From NCBI GenBank assembly GCA_029571025.1, contig JAKPTJ010000044.1, positions 1 through 64,000 of the forward strand: 64,000 nt of DNA. The letters run 5' to 3'. The position numbers were made by a program, and so were the translations under genes. Origin of the DNA: Deltaproteobacteria bacterium (lineage in GTDB: Bacteria > Myxococcota_A > Polyangia > Polyangiales > Polyangiaceae). Shown here one piece after another: positions 1-10,237 of this stretch; position 1 is the stretch's first letter; the number at the start of each line of letters is the position of its first letter. The notes below the pieces were generated by a model. That model had not been told where the DNA came from and ran no database searches. It worked only from the letters and a program-made list of their open reading frames with translations.

Positions 1-385
1 TTCCATCTTTTTGCCGCCACTGTCGCAACGTGTTGCTTTTCGAGGTCCCTTGGGTTGGAGGAGCGTTTGGACTGATTGCAATTCTTTCTCGTCGCCATGG
101 TGGATGTAACACGCGAGGCCTCGAATGGATTCCAGCTTTCCGAGAGGAGCGGAGAGAACGATTTTCGTCAAGTCCAGTAAAACCAGTGAAATATGAGGGG
201 ATCTTTCAGCATGATGAGGATACGAATGGGGAAATTGGCCGTGCCGCCATGTCATATCGCCTGCCCGCGCCATACGATAGGCCATCCCTTATGGCATTGT
301 CGTTTCGGTTCTCTGCGTCCGCATGCAAACCCGGACTGCCTCGCGTGCGTGGATACCCGCCCGCCCCGTCGAGTACACTACCCAC

Positions 386-2536
386 ATGAAACGCTCATCG
401 GCTCCCTATCGCATCGCCATCGCAGCGACGTTGTTCGCTCACTCCGCCCACCCCCAATCCGTGGTCTTTGCTCCCACGGGAACACAAGCCGATTTGCAAG
501 CCGCCATCGAAGCCGTCGAATCACCGGCCGTGATCGTGATCCCCCCTGGCAAATGGCAAGTCGTGGGGAGCATCAATCTCACGAAGGACGCCATCACCAT
601 CATTGGCGCGGGGATGGATAAAACCAGATTGCATAGAGATGCCCCTCCCCCCAACGCCGACGTCGCCACGCTCACCCAATACCGAGCCCCTTTCTTCCGC
701 TCGAAAGCCACCAGTTCGGTTCGTCTTTCTTCGTTTGGGATCACGAGTTGGCAGGCCGCCAGCCTCGAAGACCGAGAGGTCGGCATTTCTTTTTCGAATG
801 TATCGGACTTTCGCGTGGATCAATGCTCCTTCCGTTTCACGGGAAATAGCGGCGTCATGGTTGGGGGCGAGTCCCGGGGCGTAATCAACAATTGTACATT
901 TCGGGATATATACGAAGCCAGCATCGGCAACTATGGCTATGGGGTTTCCGTCTATGGAACCGTTCATACGGGAGAACCTTACGGCACCGAGCGCGCCACC
1001 TTCATCGAAGACAGCCTCTTCGAAGGCTGCAGACACGCGGTCGCCTCGAACCGTGGCGCGCGTTACGTATTCCGGCACAACACCGTGAAACACAACACCG
1101 TGTCCCACGCCATCGATACCCACGGCGCTGAATACCCTCCCAGTCCCAAACCCACCTGTAACCCATGCTATGATCCGGATCCGGATAATCCGGGAACCGA
1201 ATGGGCCATCGTTCACGACAATGTCATTGACGACCCCGACTACAGCGGCTCGGCCATTACCCTGCGCGGCGGCAAGGGACTCGTCTATCAAAATACGATC
1301 CGCGGCTACACCAGGGCCATTCAACTCTCGAAACAGACGCCACAGGCCACGGGACCCATTCATATCTGGGACAACGACATCATCGATCCCACGCAATTGG
1401 TCACCGGCGTTGGAACATGCTGCGGAAGTGGACCGACTTGGGAGCTGACCAAACCGAGTACGTACAATCCCTATCCGTATCCTCACCCTCTCACGGACCA
1501 TCTGGTCGCTCACGCTGGACCGGATCAACGTGTCATGCCTCCCCCCCAGTCCAAGGTCGCTCAGGTATTCGTCGATGCCTCCGCCTCCAAAGCAAAAAAA
1601 GGCAATATTCAAGGCTTTGGTTGGTTCACCTCTCCTCAACCGAGTTCATCGTGCTCCCGCGACTTGCTCGAACTCCCCATCGGATCCCATGTCGTCTTGC
1701 TCGCGGTCCGCGGCCCAACCGGTTCCATCGAAGTGGATACTTTCACGGTCGACGTCCTGCCTCCGGGCCCGCTCGCATCCTCGAGTCAATGGAACAACCT
1801 TTTCTTTCCGCCGTTTCCAAAACAGGGAACCATCGTTTTCGATCTGGTTGCTCATAGCAACAACCTCGATGCCTACGTTGGGCTCACAGGACGAATCCCT
1901 GTCCAATCCCACGGGGACCACGCCATGCAACTTCGGCTCAATAGCCAAGGAACCTTCGACGTTCGAAACGCGGAGGTCTACGAAGCCCTCGCTCCCATCC
2001 CCTACGAAAGCGGAAAAACTTATCATATTGCGATCGACTTCGATGTCGCCACACGGCGTTACGATGTGAGCGTGGATGGTAAGCCCATCGCCACACAATT
2101 CTCATTTCGAACTCCACAAGCCCTGATTGGACAGATCACGGCTTGGCATGTCGATGGTTCGGCCGGGGTCGAAATCAAGGATCTGGCTTACTCGGGACAA
2201 CAATTGGGCCCCGATCCCGCTTGCCAGGACCCCGTGGATGCGGGCGTGGACGCCACGATTCCCGATGCACAACTACCATCCGACGCCGAACGAGACGTGG
2301 CCAAGGATGGTGTTTCGGATCATGCGGTCGAAGCCACCACACCCATGCCCAACGATGCGGCAACCCCGCCAAGCGCCGATAGCCAGGAGGGCTGTGGTTG
2401 TCGCGTGCCCCAATCTCATAACCAACCGTATTCATTATGGTTAATCGTGTTTGGCGCCTTGTGCGGGTGCCGGGGCTTACGCCGGAACACCCATCGCAAA
2501 ACAGACGATCATGGATGGTTCGAACCAACCCCATGA
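386..2536 (+). CDS. Secreted right-handed beta-helix (pectate-lyase-like) protein with a C-terminal MYXO-CTERM-type sorting tail
   Basis: ATG at 386 gives the signal peptide MKRSSAPYRIAIAATLFAHSAHPQ. Repeated N-x-[VIT]-x-D/N beta-helix rungs are present (IINNCTFRDIY, VIDDPDYSGSAI, IWDNDII). The C-terminus GCGCRVPQ + hydrophobic LWLIVFGALCGC + basic RGLRR matches the Myxococcales GCGC-TM-Arg sorting motif. The upstream part of ORF 323..2536 has no signal peptide. Confidence 0.7.
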   Translation: MKRSSAPYRIAIAATLFAHSAHPQSVVFAPTGTQADLQAAIEAVESPAVIVIPPGKWQVVGSINLTKDAITIIGAGMDKTRLHRDAPPPNADVATLTQYRAPFFRSKATSSVRLSSFGITSWQAASLEDREVGISFSNVSDFRVDQCSFRFTGNSGVMVGGESRGVINNCTFRDIYEASIGNYGYGVSVYGTVHTGEPYGTERATFIEDSLFEGCRHAVASNRGARYVFRHNTVKHNTVSHAIDTHGAEYPPSPKPTCNPCYDPDPDNPGTEWAIVHDNVIDDPDYSGSAITLRGGKGLVYQNTIRGYTRAIQLSKQTPQATGPIHIWDNDIIDPTQLVTGVGTCCGSGPTWELTKPSTYNPYPYPHPLTDHLVAHAGPDQRVMPPPQSKVAQVFVDASASKAKKGNIQGFGWFTSPQPSSSCSRDLLELPIGSHVVLLAVRGPTGSIEVDTFTVDVLPPGPLASSSQWNNLFFPPFPKQGTIVFDLVAHSNNLDAYVGLTGRIPVQSHGDHAMQLRLNSQGTFDVRNAEVYEALAPIPYESGKTYHIAIDFDVATRRYDVSVDGKPIATQFSFRTPQALIGQITAWHVDGSAGVEIKDLAYSGQQLGPDPACQDPVDAGVDATIPDAQLPSDAERDVAKDGVSDHAVEATTPMPNDAATPPSADSQEGCGCRVPQSHNQPYSLWLIVFGALCGCRGLRRNTHRKTDDHGWFEPTP

Positions 2537-2848
2537 ACTCACCTCAGCCGACCGGATCGCCGTAAAGGGCATGCTCGTAAACGTGCTCGCAACTATCCAG
2601 ATACGGATATGCATCGGGGCAATGATCGGATGCCTTGGCATGGTTGCCATGCGGCAGACAGAACAAAGAGTCGGGTCATGCCATGGTTCAGCACGAATCC
2701 CGGACGCGGTGACTCCAACCGGCAACACGTCTGTGGCGCCTTCACACCACTGTGGTCTGTCCACAGCGCCACTTTTTCCGTTGAAAAGCGCAATGCCACG
2801 AAAAACGAGTTCATCTTCGCTGGCACAACCATTGCTCGTCATTGGGGC

Positions 2849-3688
2849 ATGAAGACGCTCATCCCTTTCGTTTGCCTCACCAGTATGTTGTCGTTTTCCG
2901 CCTGTTCCATCGATTTGGAAAGCGAACCGGAGGGCCCCACGGCCAAAGATGCGCAGCAGGCTTGGCCTACCAAGCCCACCGTAGAACCCATCAGTCTCGA
3001 GTCGATAACCCGTGCGTGCATTGCCTACACCGCATGCGATGCGGACAATGCCCTCGGCCTCATGCAAGTAGAAATCTGTTTGACAGACCTGGCTTGGTCC
3101 GCTGAACGAGCCATCCCCATCTCCACGTCAAACCTTTTGTTTTCCGTGTTGGGTGACACCAACGAACGAGCAGAATTCTTCGTGGATTGCGTAGAAAAAT
3201 CCAAGGATTGCGGCGAAATCAAAGGATGCATCACCTCACGGGAAGCGGACTTCTCATGCGAAGAAGATGGCTGCAAAGCCAATACAACATACTCCGTGTC
3301 CTGCGATGGAACCGTCGCCGTCATGACAACCGACAACTCCACCATCCGTCGTGATTGCGCCCGCGTCTTCGGTGAATGTGACTCGAAAAGCCCCACGGGT
3401 TGCACCGACCGACACTACACCGCGTCTCCCTCCTCTCCTCCTCAGCCCGACCGTTGCGATGGCGATGTCCGTCTCGGTTGTGACAGTCTCCAACAAGTCA
3501 GCTACCGCGATTGCTCGAGGCTGAACGGCGTGTGCAAGCAAACCGAGGATTCCGCCATCTGCCACTACGGCGACGCCATCTGTGAGAAAACAGTGCGATG
3601 CGAAGGAGAAACGTTACACGCTTGTCTCGATGGAGCATCAGCTACCGTCCAAGCCCCCCACTTGTGTCCGCCCCCGGACCAACCATAA
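2849..3688 (+). CDS. Cysteine-rich secreted lipoprotein (hypothetical)
   Basis: Internal ATG at 2849 yields MKTLIPFVCLTSMLSFSAC (signal peptide with a lipobox-like SAC). The mature part has about 30 Cys in regular spacing (CxxxxC, CDGDVRLGCD), suggesting a disulfide-rich extracellular domain. No recognisable catalytic motif. Confidence 0.5.
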   Translation: MKTLIPFVCLTSMLSFSACSIDLESEPEGPTAKDAQQAWPTKPTVEPISLESITRACIAYTACDADNALGLMQVEICLTDLAWSAERAIPISTSNLLFSVLGDTNERAEFFVDCVEKSKDCGEIKGCITSREADFSCEEDGCKANTTYSVSCDGTVAVMTTDNSTIRRDCARVFGECDSKSPTGCTDRHYTASPSSPPQPDRCDGDVRLGCDSLQQVSYRDCSRLNGVCKQTEDSAICHYGDAICEKTVRCEGETLHACLDGASATVQAPHLCPPPDQP

Positions 3689-3691
3689 GCC

Positions 3692-5119
3692 TTACCAAAG
3701 ACCACTCCACCCAACGCCCATCACCGGAGCATACGTACCGTCCGCTCGTAAGCTTTGTCCGATCACCCCCGCCATGGGATGAGTCAAAGGCGCGTCGGCG
3801 CTTTTTTCTTCACTCGCCGCTGTCATCCAAAACGCTGCCAATCCCCCCGCCACAGCGCCAGACATCGTCACCAACACCCACGCACGTTGCCGCCCTTCGG
3901 TCGAATCACCGATGAGAAGCGGGCTTCCCACAGCCGCAAAAGACAGCGCCCCAAGCCCAGCACCCACGTCCACCATCATGATGCGCGAAGGCGATTCCTG
4001 CACCCAACGTCCCCATATTCCACCGACCGCAACGCCCCCCAGAGCACCGTATCCAAGGCCTTCGTAGGGAGTCACATCGGCCTTGCCACGAATCGCCATC
4101 TCCACGCCAGCCCCCAAACCCGTACCGATAAATCCACCAGAATGCGCCACCGCCGCGCCACCTGTGCCCATGCCGGCAAAGCTCAGGGATATCGACGCCA
4201 ACGACACGCCGGCCAGGCCACTTCCCACGGCCCACGCATAGCGATCCAATTCAGGCTGCACGTCGCGCCCCTTCGCCAACATCATTCCCCCGAAGACCGG
4301 CCAAACCGCCCCCGCGGACATATACCACGCGTCCCCAAGGCCCACGTCCCACTCCTCCGCAATGATCAGCGCACCCCCAAAACCCACGCCCGTTCCAAGC
4401 GCCATCAACGGATACGTCAGCCTCGCATCGTCCGATCCACTCGATTTTTGAAGAGAATATCCAACGAATCCGCCCAGCGCCGCCGCATGCATCACAAGCA
4501 CCGCCCTTCCCTCGGAGCGACGTTGTTCCGGTCTCATCGGACGTAGATCTCCTTCGAATCCAGAACCCCGATCGTCGTAGGAAGGCCTTGCCCCACGCAC
4601 AAGGTCGCGAAACATCACGACGGCTCGAACCTGGAAGTCCTCCGATGATACCGTCTCGGTGCGAACCAAAACGTGCTCCCCTCTCGGTGGCACCAAAAGC
4701 AAACGAAGGACGATATCCGAACCTTCGAATTCGAGGCGTGGTGATAACTGCCACGAAACGGAACGGGAAGCGCGGGCGAGCAATTCCCGCTCCGACACAA
4801 TGACATCGGAGGTGCGAGGCTCCGACAAGTCGACGACAAACCCAAGGTCTTGCGCCGTGTCGTGCAGCAGATTGTCCAACTCCCGCGCCTTGGTCCAAAG
4901 AAGACCATTTTGCAATTCGGGACGCCCCAGGGCCTTATCCGTAGGCACTTCACCCGTGGGCGTCAGGGTCGGAAGAATGACAATCCTGACCTCTTGCGCA
5001 ACGGAAGAGGATGAGTCCTGGGCGTGAGCGCGCGGCGACACGCCCGCCACAAAGCACGCAAGGCCGAGCCATGATGCTTTTGCGAAACGCCTCAGAACAT
5101 CACAACGCCATTGAGCCAC
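3692..5119 (-). CDS. Membrane protein with N-terminal periplasmic domain and Gly/Ala-rich transmembrane segments (hypothetical)
   Basis: N-terminal signal-like segment (WLGLACFVAGVSPRAHAQD) and a soluble domain of about 200 aa. The C-terminal half has repeated GxxxG/GAxxG-rich hydrophobic stretches (glycine-zipper-like). The high-GC context makes shadow ORFs common, so confidence is moderate. Confidence 0.45.
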   Translation of the reverse strand: MAQWRCDVLRRFAKASWLGLACFVAGVSPRAHAQDSSSSVAQEVRIVILPTLTPTGEVPTDKALGRPELQNGLLWTKARELDNLLHDTAQDLGFVVDLSEPRTSDVIVSERELLARASRSVSWQLSPRLEFEGSDIVLRLLLVPPRGEHVLVRTETVSSEDFQVRAVVMFRDLVRGARPSYDDRGSGFEGDLRPMRPEQRRSEGRAVLVMHAAALGGFVGYSLQKSSGSDDARLTYPLMALGTGVGFGGALIIAEEWDVGLGDAWYMSAGAVWPVFGGMMLAKGRDVQPELDRYAWAVGSGLAGVSLASISLSFAGMGTGGAAVAHSGGFIGTGLGAGVEMAIRGKADVTPYEGLGYGALGGVAVGGIWGRWVQESPSRIMMVDVGAGLGALSFAAVGSPLLIGDSTEGRQRAWVLVTMSGAVAGGLAAFWMTAASEEKSADAPLTHPMAGVIGQSLRADGTYAPVMGVGWSGLW

Positions 5120-6657
5120 AGGTCCACCACGCTGACATCGTCAACCTTGAACCGTTGCCCAACCTGGTTGATCGACGGTCGATAGTTGGGATTCGGAATA
5201 CCGGTCGCGCTGAACGTGGAAGTATCCCCCACCCGAGACACGTTTCGGCAAGGGCCCGCCTTCGACATGTCTTTTTTGAAGTCCGGGTTACACGGCTGGT
5301 CCATCGTGATGAAGTGCGGCTGCACATACATATATCCCACGCCGAGTTGGAACTTCACATACTCGCCCGCCTGCCACGTCACGCTACCCGAAGCCCGAAA
5401 CTTGCCATGGGCCTGCACATCCGTAAGCCCTGTGAAGTACACCTTCTGCGATGATGGATTGACCACGGAAGGATAGGTTTGCGCCGTCGCAGGATCGGGA
5501 TTGCGCTGGTACGAAGCGTAGTTGGGACGACGCAAAGACATCGCGTCGCTGGAGCCCAGGGCATCAAAAAGCTCACTATAATCGCGGCCTTCCGAACGAT
5601 AGGCCCCTTCGACGCGCGCATCGAAGGTGAGCCGTTGGAACTGCTCCCGATTCTCCCAAGGAATGACCATCATCCCCATGACCATCCATCCTTCCAACGG
5701 CGGATGGTTGACCAACGATCCCTCCAGATCCATCAAACCATAATCGCTCTTGTCCGTGGGAAACTCGAATAGTGCCCGGAAACCACCGTACGGCTCCAGA
5801 TACTTGATACGTCGCGAGACCAACGTATGCACTTCGATACCGGTGGTGCCACGACTCACCCCCGCGGACCGCTCCCCCGCTTTCGTTCCCTCGAGTTGAT
5901 ACGTCTGCCCAGTATGATCCGTATACGCGTAATTACCCGCCGTCCCATCGCGATTGACGTCGGATGGATCTGCACAGGAAACCTGCTTGTTGCCTTGATT
6001 GCCCCCCCCCGCACCACAGGCATGCATCGGCTCACTGAGACTGAACCTTCCCTCGAAACCAAACAACCACGTGGGTTTCGTGGCATCCCGTGCCTGGTTC
6101 ATGATGTTCACATCAAACCCTAGCGCGAGATACTCGATACCCGATCGGTCCGGAGATTCGAAGGGCAGACGAAACAACTGCTCTCCCGGCATCCCCGCAA
6201 GCACGACGCTCTGCACCCGATCGCTTCCATCAAGACCCGACAACTTGCTCGAGTCATTCAAGATGATCGGCATGCGAAGGTAAAGCGCGACATCCTTGTA
6301 CAACCCCACATCCACCCGCGTGTTGAGCCTCGAAGTCGAGCCGGAATACTTCGCCACGTTCATCGTGTCCGCCACGTATCCGCCCGACGACAATGAGCCT
6401 TGGTCAATCGAGGTTTCACGCACGATGTTGGCGTTCTTCCACATATGTTGATAGCCAAGGGTGAGGTGCAAATCGAAAAGGTCGTCGTCGTCGAAAGCGT
6501 CGACTACGGCCGTCACCTCACCAGGCTCGTTGAGTACGGGCCGTTCCGTTGCCTTATACGGCTCGTCCGCATAACCGGGCGAAACACCAAAAAGCATCGC
6601 GAACGCAACGAGGGCCCCACATCCCACCGGCACCGAATAGAGCGATTTCGTGGCCAT
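5092..6657 (-). CDS. Outer-membrane beta-barrel protein (hypothetical)
   Basis: Signal peptide MATKSLYSVPVGCGALVAFAMLFGVSPGYADEP. Alternating amphipathic beta-strand-like sequence throughout. C-terminal ...LNGVVMF ends in Phe, as in OMP85-dependent barrel signals. Confidence 0.55.
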   Translation of the reverse strand: MATKSLYSVPVGCGALVAFAMLFGVSPGYADEPYKATERPVLNEPGEVTAVVDAFDDDDLFDLHLTLGYQHMWKNANIVRETSIDQGSLSSGGYVADTMNVAKYSGSTSRLNTRVDVGLYKDVALYLRMPIILNDSSKLSGLDGSDRVQSVVLAGMPGEQLFRLPFESPDRSGIEYLALGFDVNIMNQARDATKPTWLFGFEGRFSLSEPMHACGAGGGNQGNKQVSCADPSDVNRDGTAGNYAYTDHTGQTYQLEGTKAGERSAGVSRGTTGIEVHTLVSRRIKYLEPYGGFRALFEFPTDKSDYGLMDLEGSLVNHPPLEGWMVMGMMVIPWENREQFQRLTFDARVEGAYRSEGRDYSELFDALGSSDAMSLRRPNYASYQRNPDPATAQTYPSVVNPSSQKVYFTGLTDVQAHGKFRASGSVTWQAGEYVKFQLGVGYMYVQPHFITMDQPCNPDFKKDMSKAGPCRNVSRVGDTSTFSATGIPNPNYRPSINQVGQRFKVDDVSVVDLWLNGVVMF

Positions 6658-6841
6658 TAAGCACATGTCCGTGTCGCGGACGGTAATGGCCTGGGTGATG
6701 GGATGTCAATGAATTACTCCCCGACGGGCCGATCCTTGGGTTTCCCCGAACGTCCGACGCTGGATTTCATGGCTTTGGATTCGAGGCTTGCCGAAGGGAA
6801 AAAGCGCGGTCGAACCTTTGGGGCAAGGGAGCGAGTCCCTT

Positions 6842-8215
6842 TCATTCCCTATCTCGGTTGATCGTATTCGGAATGGTGGGACGAGAATGAATGTCCTGCT
6901 CCTCCGCCGACACGGTGTCTTCGGACTGTTCATCGCGAAAAATATCCGCGGTGATGTCCTCGATTTCCATTTCCTCCCGCGCCGTTCGCAAGTCTTTCGT
7001 GGTCCGATCCAACCGGTCGGCCAGAACACCGAGAAATTGCCAGAGCAATTTGACGGCCATCTCGTGCTCTTTTCGTAAAATATCAAAGAAATCCGTACGG
7101 TTAATCGCAATGATCTCGCTTTTGGTTTCGGCCATGACATCCGCGCTTCGGGGCTGGCTTCGAATCAACGCCATCTCCCCAAAATGCTCCCCCTGTCCCA
7201 AGGTCGACAATTCTGCATCGCCCTTGAACACTTTGACCTGACCCGACAGCATGATGAAAAGCTCATCACCTCGATCCCCGTCCCGAATCACTTGTTGTCC
7301 TGGCTCGTAGGTTCGCACCTCCGCCACTTGCATCACTCGCATCAATTCACGCTCGGATAGCTTGCCGAACAACGGCATGCGCATCAACACCTCGCGCTTG
7401 AGCGCCAAACGCTGAGCACGCTGCGCTTCCATCGCCGTGCCCTCGCCCACCACCCGCACCAACACCACCGTGATATTGTCTTTTCCCCCTTTTTCATTGG
7501 CCATCGCGATGAGCGCTCGAGCCGCCTGCCCCTCCGGCATCGCAAGAGGTGCCTCGAGTTCTTGCATGCTATCGAGGTAGCCATGCAGCCCATCCGAACA
7601 CAATACGAGCTGGTCGCCCGGCAGCAATTCGAACGATAGCGTGTCCACCTCTACCTGTTCGTAAACCCCCAACGCTCGCGTGATCGCATGTTTCTGCGCA
7701 ACCTTCTCGATTTGATCCCGCGACAACTTACCCCGTTTGACCAGTTCGTTGAAAACCGTATGGTCTTCCGTGATCTGACGCCCCTTGCCGTTTCGTACGA
7801 GATAGATCCGCGAATCGCCCACGTGAGCAATGAAACCCCGGTTCCCACACACCAAAAGAAGCGACAACGTCGTGCCCATTCCCCGTTTGGCCACATCCAC
7901 TTGGGCCGCTTCATAGATGTGCTTGCACGCCTGCTGAACCGAATACTCCAGCAGGTTCAACACCCCCTTGACCGTCACCCGCGAAGCCCCTGAAGCTCCC
8001 GACAGAAAGTCGTCGAGCAACGTTCGCTCGCCTTTTATCTTCTCGTGAATCGTCCGAACCGCCAGCGCACTCGCTATCTCACCCGCCGCATGCCCCCCCA
8101 TCCCGTCTGCCACCATGAACAACGATAATCCCTTGTCAACAAGGAAGTTGTCTTCATTGTGGTCGCGTTTGCGTCCAACGTCCGTCTCGGCGTGAAACAG
8201 GATGTTCGTCCCCAT
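6842..8215 (-). CDS. PP2C-family (PPM) Ser/Thr phosphatase fused to a C-terminal cyclic-nucleotide-binding (cNMP/CAP) domain
   Basis: N-terminus [19 protein letters not shown]...[17 protein letters not shown]...VCSDGL carries PPM metal-binding motifs. C-terminus [50 protein letters not shown]...[10 protein letters not shown] is a typical cNMP-binding beta-roll (FGE(L/M)AL). Confidence 0.8.
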   Translation of the reverse strand: MGTNILFHAETDVGRKRDHNEDNFLVDKGLSLFMVADGMGGHAAGEIASALAVRTIHEKIKGERTLLDDFLSGASGASRVTVKGVLNLLEYSVQQACKHIYEAAQVDVAKRGMGTTLSLLLVCGNRGFIAHVGDSRIYLVRNGKGRQITEDHTVFNELVKRGKLSRDQIEKVAQKHAITRALGVYEQVEVDTLSFELLPGDQLVLCSDGLHGYLDSMQELEAPLAMPEGQAARALIAMANEKGGKDNITVVLVRVVGEGTAMEAQRAQRLALKREVLMRMPLFGKLSERELMRVMQVAEVRTYEPGQQVIRDGDRGDELFIMLSGQVKVFKGDAELSTLGQGEHFGEMALIRSQPRSADVMAETKSEIIAINRTDFFDILRKEHEMAVKLLWQFLGVLADRLDRTTKDLRTAREEMEIEDITADIFRDEQSEDTVSAEEQDIHSRPTIPNTINRDRE

Positions 8216-8309
8216 GCCTCGTTCCGTCGTGTGATTGATAACCGACCATACTCAATCGCCATGGTCGATGCGAGCCCTGGCGCACGTTGGCCCAACCCAT
8301 CCGTGTCGC

Positions 8310-9320
8310 TCAAGCATCCATCCGCGGATTCGCCGACAGTCCAGACCGCTCCGGTTTGACGTTTCCAGTCGGTACGGCCCCTGGTCGACGCCCCGCCGCC
8401 AACGCTCGGAACTCTCGAAGTTCCTTGAGCAATGTCTCAATATTGACCTCGTTCTTCAAATTCACTTTGAAGTCCGTCTCCGCTTCCTTTCGATCCTTGG
8501 CTGCCTGTCGGTTCTGGCTCATCACGATGAGCGGCCCTTGCAACGCCACCAATACCGCAAGCAATAAATTGAAAAATTGATAGGGATATTCGTCGGGCGC
8601 GTGCGAAAACACCACTCCAGGAATGTTGATGAGCACCCATCCTACCGTCAACCCCGATAGGATAAGGATGAACGACCAACTGCCATTCAACTCCGCCACC
8701 CGATCGGCCAGACGATCCGCCCAGCCCATCCCCTTTTCAAACTCCTCGATCACATTGCGTGCCGCTCGCTCGCTCAACATCGCGTTGGTCTGACGCAACC
8801 TTTCGGACATTGTTCGTAAAATGGCCATCGCCGCCCGCGGACGACGTTCCAAGTACGATGTCAACACGGTTCTTCCCAACTCCAAAAGCACCGTATCGGT
8901 CATGGCTTGGGCACTTGCACTCCGCGGCTTGTCGTCGAATAGCGCGACTTCCCCAAATACTTTTCCCACGGTCAAGTCCGCCAACGACACGCGCGTCGTT
9001 GGATCGCCCGGCAGATGAATATTCACCGTGCCCTCGGCGACAAGGTACATCGTATCGCCCGCCTCCCCTGCTTCGAATACGACCTGGCCCGCCGAATAGC
9101 GTCGTTCCACGAGTTCCGCGGCGAGGTCCTCGACGTCCTGATCATCGAGCCCCTCGAACATCGGAATGCTTCGGAGCAGGTCAGCGGGGTTTTTCACGAC
9201 CCGCTCAGTGTGGCGCGCCTTTCCCTCACTTGCAATACTTGCGATGGCGGAAGGCGACTCTCCCTTTCGTTCCTTGCCCAATGTGCTAGACGACGCGCGT
9301 GAACGAAGCCATTGCAGCAC
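8310..9320 (-). CDS. Cyclic-nucleotide-binding domain protein with C-terminal DUF1003-like membrane domain
   Basis: MFEGLDDQDVEDLAAELVERRYSAGQVVFEAGEAGDTMYLVAEGTVNI...FGEVALFDDKPRSASAQA is a cNMP-binding domain. C-terminal WSFILILSGLTVGWVLIN...FFNLLLAVLVALQGPLIVMSQNRQAAKDR resembles DUF1003 two-TM proteins. The true start may be the internal Met (MFEGL), because the 5' end overlaps the divergent HD gene. Confidence 0.7.
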   Translation of the reverse strand: MLQWLRSRASSSTLGKERKGESPSAIASIASEGKARHTERVVKNPADLLRSIPMFEGLDDQDVEDLAAELVERRYSAGQVVFEAGEAGDTMYLVAEGTVNIHLPGDPTTRVSLADLTVGKVFGEVALFDDKPRSASAQAMTDTVLLELGRTVLTSYLERRPRAAMAILRTMSERLRQTNAMLSERAARNVIEEFEKGMGWADRLADRVAELNGSWSFILILSGLTVGWVLINIPGVVFSHAPDEYPYQFFNLLLAVLVALQGPLIVMSQNRQAAKDRKEAETDFKVNLKNEVNIETLLKELREFRALAAGRRPGAVPTGNVKPERSGLSANPRMDA

Positions 9321-10228
9321 AATGCGACGCTGCCTTTCTCATTCTCGACCATGCCGTCGCACGCGCCGAAGGGGCGCCCACCACCGCCCCCAACCTCCGC
9401 GTCACACCAGATTTTCCACTCGCTACACGCACCGCTCCTCAACAAGTGCGCCTCAGACTCGACCGCACGCTCATGGCCCCCGACCCGGAAAGCGGCCTCG
9501 ATGCTCTGCTCGATTACGGTGTGCTCGACGCCCTGCTTCCGGAAGTCTCTGCCTTGGTCGGATTCGGGGATGGCGAATGGCGTCATAAAGACGTTTGGAA
9601 ACATACGAAACAAGTCGTTCGACAAGCAGAAGCTCGCCTGTCCGTGCGCTGGGCTGCCCTTTTGCACGATGTGGGGAAAGTCAAAACACGAAGCATCAGC
9701 GCCGACGGCCAAGTTCATTTCTTTGGGCATGCGGAGTTGGGCGCACGCATGTTCGACCGCATTGGAAAACGATTGGGATTTTTTGAGCCCCCCCTGCACC
9801 GAAGCATCCGCTTTCTCATCTTGCACCACCTTCGCGCCAACCAATACGAAAAGGATTGGACCGATAGCGCGGTGCGCAGATTCGCACGGGAAATCGGCGC
9901 CGAACTCGATGACCTGTTGTGCCTCTCGCGCGCTGATATCACCACCAAACGCCCGGAGAAAAAACGCCGCGGGCTGCAGCAGATCGCAGAACTTTCTGAA
10001 CGAATTCGCGAACTTGCCGTTCTCGACGCCCGCGTGCCTCCCCTGCCCTCCGGCGTCGGCAACGAAATCATGGACGCCTTCGGCATCCCCCCTTCACGCC
10101 TCATCGGCCAAATCAAACAAGCCCTGGAACAAGCCATCGAAGAAGGCGAACTGCCGGGTCACGAACCCTCCGCCTTCTACGTCGCCTTCCTCAAAGAAAA
10201 CCGAACCCGATTCGGCCTGCCCGAATGA
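9299..10228 (+). CDS. HD-domain phosphohydrolase (CCA-adding-enzyme/poly(A)-polymerase C-terminal-like, no nucleotidyltransferase head)
   Basis: RWAALLHDVGKVKT...HFFGHAELGARMF and ...ILHHLRANQY...CLSRADITTK are HD-motif segments, typical of the HD/tRNA-NT C-terminal region. No GGxVRD polymerase-beta head is present in this ORF. Confidence 0.6.
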   Translation: MNEAIAAQCDAAFLILDHAVARAEGAPTTAPNLRVTPDFPLATRTAPQQVRLRLDRTLMAPDPESGLDALLDYGVLDALLPEVSALVGFGDGEWRHKDVWKHTKQVVRQAEARLSVRWAALLHDVGKVKTRSISADGQVHFFGHAELGARMFDRIGKRLGFFEPPLHRSIRFLILHHLRANQYEKDWTDSAVRRFAREIGAELDDLLCLSRADITTKRPEKKRRGLQQIAELSERIRELAVLDARVPPLPSGVGNEIMDAFGIPPSRLIGQIKQALEQAIEEGELPGHEPSAFYVAFLKENRTRFGLPE

Positions 10229-10237
10229 CCCGACGCA

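Noticed and set aside
30-389. 119-aa + strand ORF at the window start
   Set aside because: No signal or motif. It lies in the region upstream of the beta-helix gene, whose true signal-peptide start is at 386. Likely noncoding.
521-1639. 372-aa minus-strand ORF inside the beta-helix gene
   Set aside because: Antisense shadow ORF typical of high-GC DNA. Gly/Arg/Val-rich low-complexity translation. The sense strand carries the coherent beta-helix repeats.
3755-4546. 263-aa + ORF (Arg/His-rich) opposite the membrane protein gene
   Set aside because: Extreme Arg/His/Pro composition, a GC-frame artefact.
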